Source: Thermoplasmatota archaeon
Lineage (GTDB): Archaea > Thermoplasmatota > Poseidoniia > Poseidoniales > Thalassarchaeaceae
Assembly: GCA_036138175.1 (NCBI GenBank)
Contig: JAZAAK010000010.1
Location: 1,229 to 65,228, forward strand
DNA: 64,000 nucleotides
Direction of reading: 5' to 3'
Shown: positions 28,561 through 36,132 of the stretch, in pieces
Layout: each line of letters opens with the position of its first letter
Position numbering within the stretch: the stretch's first letter is position 1
Notes under the pieces: model-generated
What the model saw: only the letters and a program-made list of their open reading frames with translations
The model's database searches: none
Told to the model about the DNA's origin: nothing
Program-made: the position numbers and the translations under genes

Positions 28561-28587
28561 GTTCGACGGACGTGGTACCCGTCGAGC
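28561..28587 (+). terminator. stem-loop GTTCGACGG-N9-CCGTCGAGC
   Basis: 7 perfect bp plus G:U and G:C extension, 9-nt loop. Lies between the ctaB stop (28529) and the next ATG (28604). Confidence 0.25.
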
Positions 28588-28603
28588 GGCTGGAGGGTCA
28601 AGA

Positions 28604-29863
28604 ATGAATGAGCGAGAACTCATCTATGATTGGAACATCATAGACTATGAAATCGAGCGTGATTCGGCTAATCATCCACATGACGTTTGGTTCGATGATG
28701 AAACCCTTAGAGACGGCTTACAAAGTCCTAGTGCACGTAATCCAACCATCGAACAGAAAATCGAATTAATCGATTACATGGAACGTCTAGGAATTCAAAA
28801 AGTAGATCTTGGACTTCCCGGTGCAGGACCATTTCATGTCAATCACATAGATGCAATGCTTACCCACATGGGTGAGAATGATTACGAATTGAGACCGGGT
28901 TGTGCGGTTCGAACAGTTGTTGGGGATATCGAACCCCTAGTAGATTTGCAAGCCAAGCACGAGAGGCAGATTCAGGCTAGTGCTTTCCTTGGAACTAGTC
29001 CGATTAGACAATTTGCCGAAGGTTGGACTATGGAGCGAATTCTCAGTACGGCTGAGAAAGCGGTTACATTTGCTGTCGATAATGACATCCCCGTTATGTT
29101 TGTCACGGAGGACACCACCCGTTCAAAGCCAGAAGAAATCAAGGAGGTTTACACCAGAGCAATCGAATTAGGTGCAGACAGAATTTGTGTTTGCGACACC
29201 TGTGGCCATGTGACGCCTAACGGAGTTCGAAAATTGCTTACTTTCATTCAAGACGAAGTTATTCCTGACGCTGGAGTGAAGCGTAGAGATATCGAAGTCA
29301 ATTGGCATGGTCATCAAGATAGAGGGTTGGGTGTTGCAAACAATCTCGCCGCTGTGGAAGTTGGAGCGGATGTAATTCACGGAACTGCACTGGGTGTAGG
29401 AGAGAGGGCAGGAAATGCTCCCCTAGATCAAACCCTAGTCAATCTCTCACTAATGGGAGTTATCGAGAACGACCTAACCGCTCTAAATGAATACATGAGA
29501 AAGGCACATGAATATGTTGAAGTCGCTCTTCCTCGGAATTATCCTGTCTTTGGAGAAGATGCCTTTGAAACTGGTACAGGAGTACATGCCAGCGCGGTAA
29601 TCAAGGCGATGAAAAAGGGTGATCATTGGCTTGCAGACCGTGTATATTCAGGAGTTCCGGCTCAGGATTATGGCCTTCAGCAGATTATTCGAATTGGCCA
29701 TATGAGTGGACGCTCAAACATAATTTGGTGGTTAGAACAAAATGCTTACGAGGCAGATGATGATCTAGTAGCTCATATGTTTGAAGTGGCGAAAAATCAA
29801 CGCCGATTGATGGATGACGATGAAGTTCATCAGGCAATATCAGATTACAAGCAAAACAATTGA
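28604..29863 (+). CDS. 2-isopropylmalate/homocitrate/citramalate synthase family protein (DRE-TIM metallolyase)
   Basis: ATG at 28604 (MNERELIYDW...); the track start at 28490 overlaps ctaB. Motifs DETLRDGLQSP and WHGHQDRGLGVANNLAAVEVGADVIHGTALGVGERAGNAPL. No LeuA regulatory domain; exact substrate unknown. Confidence 0.8.
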   Translation: MNERELIYDWNIIDYEIERDSANHPHDVWFDDETLRDGLQSPSARNPTIEQKIELIDYMERLGIQKVDLGLPGAGPFHVNHIDAMLTHMGENDYELRPGCAVRTVVGDIEPLVDLQAKHERQIQASAFLGTSPIRQFAEGWTMERILSTAEKAVTFAVDNDIPVMFVTEDTTRSKPEEIKEVYTRAIELGADRICVCDTCGHVTPNGVRKLLTFIQDEVIPDAGVKRRDIEVNWHGHQDRGLGVANNLAAVEVGADVIHGTALGVGERAGNAPLDQTLVNLSLMGVIENDLTALNEYMRKAHEYVEVALPRNYPVFGEDAFETGTGVHASAVIKAMKKGDHWLADRVYSGVPAQDYGLQQIIRIGHMSGRSNIIWWLEQNAYEADDDLVAHMFEVAKNQRRLMDDDEVHQAISDYKQNN

Positions 29864-29883
29864 TTAGATACTAATTTCAGCCG

Positions 29884-32800
29884 ATGCGTCAATCACCCAT
29901 GCATCGGCAACGGCTAAAACCTCTACTCCATCGAAGTCGACCCATGCGTACAGCAGCGATGCTAATGGTTTTCGTGCTTGTATCGCCCGTCGCGGCATCT
30001 ATTGGTGAAGGGCAAAATTACGATATTGACTTTGAGATAGATGGAAAAAATATCCTACCTACTTATTCTAAAGCTGTTCAGTTGGCATTCGATAGAGTCG
30101 AGAATCTAGATCAATACACCGATGAAGAACTATCTCAAACAAACCAATGGTTGGTCGTAACTCAAATTCCAATCGACAAACAACCACTGACTTTGGCAAA
30201 ACCAGAGTCGGTGGAAACTGCACCTATACTTAGAGGCGCGTACATTTGGTTTTTTCATAATCCACTAGAGGCTATTGACAATCTGGAAATGTTGGTGCAA
30301 ATTGGTCAGATTGAATCCTATTCACCATTGGTTGAACGGCAAAAATTCCCAAGAGACAACCCTAATGACCCTGAATTTTCCTCTCAGTGGCATCTAGAAA
30401 ACACAGGTCAGACATCAGGACTGAGTGGAGAGGATATCAATGCTACAGATGTCTGGGATAATTATCGTGGTGAAGGTATAGTCATCAGCATAGTCGATGA
30501 TGGATTAGACCACCAGCATCCTGATATCATCGATAACTACGATGCAAACTATTCCTACGATTGGTGCAACGACGATAGCGATCCGACACCAAATTCTTGG
30601 AATGGTCACGGGACTGCTGCTGCAGGTGTAGCCGCCGCTGTTGGAAATAACTCACTATATGTCTCAGGAGCGGCTTGGGAAGCAACACTTGGCGGCTCTA
30701 CTCTAATCGCGTGTTGGTCCGGAGACAGTACCGAAGCTGATGCATTGTCCTTTGAGAATGATGATATCGACATATACTCGAATTCTTGGGGTCCCGCGGA
30801 TGACGGTGAAACACTATCAGGACCAGGTCCACTCACACTTGCCGCCTTTGAGGAAGACGCGTATAATGGAAGAAAGGGCCTAGGTAATTCCATCACATGG
30901 GCTGCAGGAAATGGTTTGGGTAGTGATGACGATGCAAACAAGGATGGTTATGCAAATAGCCGATTCACCATTGCAGTAACCGCAATATCTCACGAAGGGG
31001 ATCAATCAAACTATGCCGAACCGGGTGCAAACATTCTCGTTGCGGCTCACTCAAATGGGGATGGTGAGGGAATAACAACCACAGATATCGTCGGAAGCGG
31101 AGGATACAACGGTAGTGGAAATGTCACCCATACCTTTGGAGGAACCTCAAGCGCTACGCCATTAGCCGCTGGAGTAATCGCACTGATGTATGACGCAAAT
31201 CCATACTTGACGTGGCGAGATGTACAGGAAATTTTAGTTCAAACCTCACGAATGAACGATCCATCAGATTCTTCTTGGAATACTAATGGAGCCGGCCACG
31301 ATGTATCTCATAAGTATGGATTTGGGGCAGTAGATGCCGGGGCCGCTGTCTCAATGGCCTTGAATTGGAACACCTTGGAGCAAGAAATCAACTCGACCTA
31401 CGGACCATATTTACCTAACTTTGACATTCCAGATGGAAATCTCTCATGGAGCGAATTCCCAATCACAGTTACAAATGAATTATCATTAGAAAGTGTAGAT
31501 GTTATCGTCGATATCAACCATACCTACCGTGGCGATTTAGATATTGTATTACAGTCACCAGATGGAACAGAATCATGGTTGGCAGTCAGCAATGGCGATA
31601 GTAACGACGATTATTCCGATTGGATGTTCAATACAGTCCATCATTGGGGTGAATCGAGTTTAGGCCTCTGGACACTAAAGGTTCGAGATTCCACCACTGG
31701 TGGAACTGGAACTCTCAATTCGTGGGAATTGATTTTCCATGGAGTGGATAACGATTGGGACCATGACGATGATGGACTATCTGATGAAAACGAAACTCTA
31801 GTTTGGGGCACTGACCCCTATGATGCAGATACAGATGATGATGGATTGTCTGATTACGATGAAGTGATGAGTTTTGGCACTAACCCTCTTGCTAGTGATT
31901 CAGACACCGACGGATTGACTGACCTACAAGAAATTTTCAACTATTCAACTAACCCGGTGAATTCAGATAGCGATAATGACGGACTATCTGATGGATTGGA
32001 AGTGAATTATTGGGGTACTGATCCTTTGGTTTATGACCCTGATGCAGACAATGATTTATTCTACCATTTCCAAGATTGCGACGATAATAATCCTGATGTT
32101 AATCCAGGCACCTACGAGAGATTGAATGGAATTGATGATGATTGTGACGATCTAACCGATGAAGGTTTCAATTTCACTGACAGAGACTCAGACGGCCTTT
32201 TGGATTGGCCGGAATACCACATCCACGGCACTGATTTCGAGGACGCTGATACCGATGATGATGGATTAGATGACGGTATCGAAGTAGAAACTTATGGCTC
32301 TAATCCTCTGTCATATGACCCAGATGCGGATCAAGATGGATATCATTGGTTCCTAGATTGTGACGATGAAGATGAATATCGTAATCCAGCATTACCTGAA
32401 TTATTAGACAATAAGGACAATGATTGCGATCTTGTTATTGACGATGGATTCTGGGATTTGGATTCTGATTCCGATGGATTAGATGATTATGATGAATATC
32501 ACAACGTAACAAGTAACCCATATGATGGTGATACCGATGATGATGGATTACCCGATGGACTCGAAGTAAAGACCTACGGCTCAAATCCACTATGGGCAGA
32601 CCCCGATGATGATGGAGATGGATGGTATTGGTTCCAAGATTGTCAGGATGATGATGCTGAAAGAGCCCCTCTACTCTCCGAATCACTAGATGCAAAGGAC
32701 AACGATTGTGATGAAGAAGTAGATGAGGACTTCCGTACTCTTGATTCGGACCAAGATGGTCTTTGGGATTATGATGAATTCCACAATCTATCAACCGACC

Positions 32801-33708
32801 CAACAGATTCTGATTCTGATGATGACGGAATGAGTGATGGAAAGGAAGTCAAAGAAACCGGCTCTGATCCATTAGTTTTCGACCATGACCGTGACGAAGA
32901 TGGATTCTATGCCTTCGAAGATTGTGAAGATTTGATTGAAACAATCAATCCAGATGCTACGGAGACATGGAATGGTTGGGATGATGATTGTAATGACGTA
33001 GTCGATGATTCCTTGAATCGAGCTGACCTAATCGAATCTTCGTTGAGCAGAACCAGTACTGTAGAGTGGGACTCTGTAAATGATACTCTTCGTATCGATA
33101 TCCGAAATATTCCAACTACTGTTACTAAGGAAATGGTCTGGGAGATGGAAGGAATTATTCTATCTGGCAACTGGAGTGAAAATGGTCAGACCTTGATTAT
33201 CGAAGAAATCGACTGCAAATCAAAAGATTGGGAATTAGCGGAAATTCTTTGCTCGGAACGCAGTGGTATCCGAGAACTAAATCTAACCATAACGGATTCC
33301 GGATTCGAAACTAAATTACAGTGGACGGTCGATGTTGAAGTCTACATCCCCGCACCAACATTGATTGAATCCCTATTCTCATTCCTTGGCTCCAGTTCCG
33401 GAATTGTTGTTATCCTACTAGTAATTCTTTCACTAGTTGGAGGAGTTGCATTAGCAGGAATGAAAATTAGGGAAAACAAAATGATCGCCGAGGCCTATGC
33501 AGAATTCAGAGTTAACCAAAGCCCACCAGGCGTCACTCCTGAGCACCGCGCGGCTGAACTGCCCGCAGCTCCCGACCTCAGCGCCCTATTGAGTCAGCAC
33601 AGTGACAACAATCCGCCAATGGTAGAATCTGTTCCAATGCTTCAATCAACTGTAGTCACAGTCGATGCGACTGCAATAGTTAGTGAAGAATCCTCTGAAG
33701 AAGAATGA
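29884..33708 (+). CDS. secreted, membrane-anchored kexin/furin-like subtilase (S8 + P-domain) with TSP3-type Ca-binding repeats and Cys-containing DCDD...DNDCD modules
   Basis: 1274 aa (alternative ATG at 29944). Signal-like MLMVFVLVSPVAA. Catalytic D (IVDDGLD), H (NGHGTAAAG), S (GGTSSATPLAAG). P-domain-like YRGDLDIVLQSPDG...LWTLKVRD...LNSWELIFHG. Repeats DTDDDGLSDYDE etc. C-terminal TM IVVILLVILSLVGGVALAG plus a tail ending SEESSEEE. Confidence 0.9.
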   Translation: MRQSPMHRQRLKPLLHRSRPMRTAAMLMVFVLVSPVAASIGEGQNYDIDFEIDGKNILPTYSKAVQLAFDRVENLDQYTDEELSQTNQWLVVTQIPIDKQPLTLAKPESVETAPILRGAYIWFFHNPLEAIDNLEMLVQIGQIESYSPLVERQKFPRDNPNDPEFSSQWHLENTGQTSGLSGEDINATDVWDNYRGEGIVISIVDDGLDHQHPDIIDNYDANYSYDWCNDDSDPTPNSWNGHGTAAAGVAAAVGNNSLYVSGAAWEATLGGSTLIACWSGDSTEADALSFENDDIDIYSNSWGPADDGETLSGPGPLTLAAFEEDAYNGRKGLGNSITWAAGNGLGSDDDANKDGYANSRFTIAVTAISHEGDQSNYAEPGANILVAAHSNGDGEGITTTDIVGSGGYNGSGNVTHTFGGTSSATPLAAGVIALMYDANPYLTWRDVQEILVQTSRMNDPSDSSWNTNGAGHDVSHKYGFGAVDAGAAVSMALNWNTLEQEINSTYGPYLPNFDIPDGNLSWSEFPITVTNELSLESVDVIVDINHTYRGDLDIVLQSPDGTESWLAVSNGDSNDDYSDWMFNTVHHWGESSLGLWTLKVRDSTTGGTGTLNSWELIFHGVDNDWDHDDDGLSDENETLVWGTDPYDADTDDDGLSDYDEVMSFGTNPLASDSDTDGLTDLQEIFNYSTNPVNSDSDNDGLSDGLEVNYWGTDPLVYDPDADNDLFYHFQDCDDNNPDVNPGTYERLNGIDDDCDDLTDEGFNFTDRDSDGLLDWPEYHIHGTDFEDADTDDDGLDDGIEVETYGSNPLSYDPDADQDGYHWFLDCDDEDEYRNPALPELLDNKDNDCDLVIDDGFWDLDSDSDGLDDYDEYHNVTSNPYDGDTDDDGLPDGLEVKTYGSNPLWADPDDDGDGWYWFQDCQDDDAERAPLLSESLDAKDNDCDEEVDEDFRTLDSDQDGLWDYDEFHNLSTDPTDSDSDDDGMSDGKEVKETGSDPLVFDHDRDEDGFYAFEDCEDLIETINPDATETWNGWDDDCNDVVDDSLNRADLIESSLSRTSTVEWDSVNDTLRIDIRNIPTTVTKEMVWEMEGIILSGNWSENGQTLIIEEIDCKSKDWELAEILCSERSGIRELNLTITDSGFETKLQWTVDVEVYIPAPTLIESLFSFLGSSSGIVVILLVILSLVGGVALAGMKIRENKMIAEAYAEFRVNQSPPGVTPEHRAAELPAAPDLSALLSQHSDNNPPMVESVPMLQSTVVTVDATAIVSEESSEEE
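32170..33015 (+). repeat. three tandem 282-nt (94-aa) coding modules, preceded by a longer degenerate copy from about 31750
   Basis: Module boundaries read at 32170, 32452, 32734 and 33016. Each module is two TSP3-like DxDxDGxxDxxE loops plus DCxDxxxxxxPxxxExxxxxDNDCDxxxD(E/D)xF. Divergent at DNA level but in register. Confidence 0.8.
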
Positions 33709-33711
33709 ATC

Positions 33712-35079
33712 TTAGGCTTCATCCGCCTCTTCCTCGGCTGCCGAGGGTATATTTTCCCCCCACTCAGCATCTGGTGAACCGCCTTCCCATTCTCCTTCAA
33801 CTGAGATGTCCTCAATTTCGTCGTCTTCGCGCCATGGAGGTTCTCCATCGGCGCCGCTTAGTACTAACACGCCTTCATCGTCCAAACGTCTCTTTACCGT
33901 CTTGATTCCTTTTGAAATGGGCAATAAGTGGCCAATTGGAGTACCAGTGGTTACGAATGGATGCGTTGCAATACAAATCAGTAGACCATCTGTGGGTGAG
34001 CGTATTTCCATTGAAACTCCTGGGTGTTCAGGATCGGAGACTGTTGCCACCAATTCATTCTCCTCTACCCAAGAGCCGGCCGGAGTCAATACATCCAGTA
34101 GACCTCCGTAATCGGAACGAATCCATACAGAACCTGATGCAAGTAGCCTAAATCGCGGTCTACTAGAATAGCCAGGAATGACCTTCAGACTTCTCAGTAC
34201 ATTCAGAACCCCATACATAGCAATCTGGATAGATTCGGGGTCTGCCTCATCTGCTCCACCGCCCTCGTAAGTGATACAACTGATTCCGTAGTCATCAGCA
34301 GTCCTCCTGAGGGAACCTTTGGGTCCTTCACTGTCTAGAATAACCTCGATTCCGAAAGAACGAGCACTTCGATTACTTGCTGGATTAGCTAAGTTAGCCC
34401 TGATTTGTGGCATATTTGAACGACCCAAAGCGGCGGTATGTAAGTCGAGGATGTGATCAGAATTTCGGAAAATCTCCTTCCACAATCTGTTTGCTACCCT
34501 CGAGGTTGTGTTTGAGTCCTCTTTACCCGGAAAGAATCGATTCAAGTCCCTACCGTCGGTCATATATCTACTTCGACGACGGTAACCGGGCATATTCACG
34601 ATTGGAATAATCCGAATGGTTCCTGCAACCGTGGAGGGATCAATGGCCTTATCCTCTCCTAAGATTGCATGCGATTGTAAGTAAGTCAATGCTAAGGGAC
34701 CAACTAATTCATTTCCGTGAAGTGCTCCAATCAAGGTAACGACCGGTCCTGGCCTTGAACCATGGATTACTGTAATTGGAATTGGCCAAGATTCACCAAT
34801 TTCTACATCCATCAAGTCATATTCAATTTGTCGAATTGTACCGGGTTTCACAAGCTTGCGACCAATTCGATGTGATTTCCAACCACTAGCACGGGACCAT
34901 GATTTCGGGGTGCTGCTAGGCTCTTCCAAGGCTTTCTCAATCTCTTTCCTTCTGCTTGTCGGAATTTGATTTGAGACTTTTATTGGCTGATGGCGCCGCC
35001 TCTTCGCCCTAGGAACTCTTACGTTCCCGTCATCCTTATTGGACGACTCAGGAGCCTCTTCGGAATCCACCAATACCAC
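33712..35079 (-). CDS. succinylglutamate desuccinylase/aspartoacylase (AstE/AspA, M14-like) family protein with charged terminal extensions
   Basis: 455 aa from a GTG at 35079; no in-frame ATG before the conserved domain. Core VTLIGALHGNELVG and DLHTA. Basic N-terminal stretch PRAKRRRHQPIK and acidic C-terminal about 50 aa. Confidence 0.7.
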   Translation of the reverse strand: MVLVDSEEAPESSNKDDGNVRVPRAKRRRHQPIKVSNQIPTSRRKEIEKALEEPSSTPKSWSRASGWKSHRIGRKLVKPGTIRQIEYDLMDVEIGESWPIPITVIHGSRPGPVVTLIGALHGNELVGPLALTYLQSHAILGEDKAIDPSTVAGTIRIIPIVNMPGYRRRSRYMTDGRDLNRFFPGKEDSNTTSRVANRLWKEIFRNSDHILDLHTAALGRSNMPQIRANLANPASNRSARSFGIEVILDSEGPKGSLRRTADDYGISCITYEGGGADEADPESIQIAMYGVLNVLRSLKVIPGYSSRPRFRLLASGSVWIRSDYGGLLDVLTPAGSWVEENELVATVSDPEHPGVSMEIRSPTDGLLICIATHPFVTTGTPIGHLLPISKGIKTVKRRLDDEGVLVLSGADGEPPWREDDEIEDISVEGEWEGGSPDAEWGENIPSAAEEEADEA

Positions 35080-35183
35080 TCTGTGGAGTCAACCAAATAA
35101 GAGGATTAGCATACAGGGATTGAGTGAAAAATTGCCTTATTCTTGGGCAATTGTTGTATTCCACTTATTACCCGGAATGAACA

Positions 35184-35660
35184 ATGGGTGCCTCAAATGG
35201 AGAGTCAGTGCAAGAGTTACATGCTCCAAATAGCATCTGTTTTGGTTGTGGCCCTGCTAACTCAGAAGGCCTACGTATACGCTCATTCCGGACCGAGAAT
35301 GGACTAGAAATGAGGTTTGACCCCTCACCTGAGCACCAAGCATTTCCAGGAATGATAAACGGAGGCATCATTGGAACTTTGATGGATTGTCATGGTAATT
35401 GGACCGCTGCAATCGCTCTAATGGATCAATCTGGAGATTCCGAACCACCCTGTACAGTTACCGCGAATTATAGTATCAAACTTCGAAGACCCACTCCTTT
35501 CGGAAATGAAATACAAGTAACCGGTGAGGTAATCGAATTGGACGATGATAGAGCTAAAGTCAAGATGGAGTTGATTTCTGATGGCAAAATATGCGCTGTT
35601 GGAGAAGGCCTTTTCGTTGCAGTTAAAGAAGGACATCCCGCATATCATCGTTGGAATTAG
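35184..35660 (+). CDS. PaaI-family (hotdog-fold) thioesterase
   Basis: 158 aa. N-terminal CFGCGPANSEGLRIRSF and GGIIGTLMD motifs typical of PaaI-like thioesterases. Confidence 0.75.
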   Translation: MGASNGESVQELHAPNSICFGCGPANSEGLRIRSFRTENGLEMRFDPSPEHQAFPGMINGGIIGTLMDCHGNWTAAIALMDQSGDSEPPCTVTANYSIKLRRPTPFGNEIQVTGEVIELDDDRAKVKMELISDGKICAVGEGLFVAVKEGHPAYHRWN

Positions 35661-35671
35661 TATCGGGTATC

Positions 35672-36085
35672 ATGAGAACAATAGTATATACACCAAGTGA
35701 GTATTCCAAGATTATGATTGATGAACTCGTGACCGTTCTCCAAATTACCATTGCAGTTGTTATAATTGCAGTTTGGGTATTCAGACCAAGATTAGAAACC
35801 AGTTTCCGAGCAGGTAATGCGAAGAATATCGTCGAAGAATTTGCAGTATATGGGTTACCAAAGTGGTCTGTCTACGTGATTGGAATTACAAAGTTGGGTC
35901 TTGCAACTTTACTGATTTTAGGGATTTGGTATTCTTCCTTGGTACAATATGCTGCACTAGCGATGGGCCTTCTGATGGCAGGTGCTGTAGTTTGTCACTT
36001 GAAGACAAAAGGCGATCCACTAAGCCGTGCTACTCCTGCATCTCTTATGTTAATCATGTGCGTTGTTGTATTTTACCTAGGTTAA
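35672..36085 (+). CDS. DoxX-family membrane protein
   Basis: The track start at 35651 is TTG; ATG at 35672 gives 137 aa. Four hydrophobic helices in a DoxX-like pattern. Confidence 0.6.
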   Translation: MRTIVYTPSEYSKIMIDELVTVLQITIAVVIIAVWVFRPRLETSFRAGNAKNIVEEFAVYGLPKWSVYVIGITKLGLATLLILGIWYSSLVQYAALAMGLLMAGAVVCHLKTKGDPLSRATPASLMLIMCVVVFYLG

Positions 36086-36132
36086 GCGATTAGATTCGGT
36101 ATCCTTTAGAACGGCGGATTCTAAGTCGATAT

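Noticed and set aside
32435-32803. His-rich 122-aa antisense ORF that could look like a metal-binding protein.
   Set aside because: The His and Ile runs are simply the reverse complement of the GAT/GAC (Asp) codon runs of the TSP3-like repeats. There is no independent start context.
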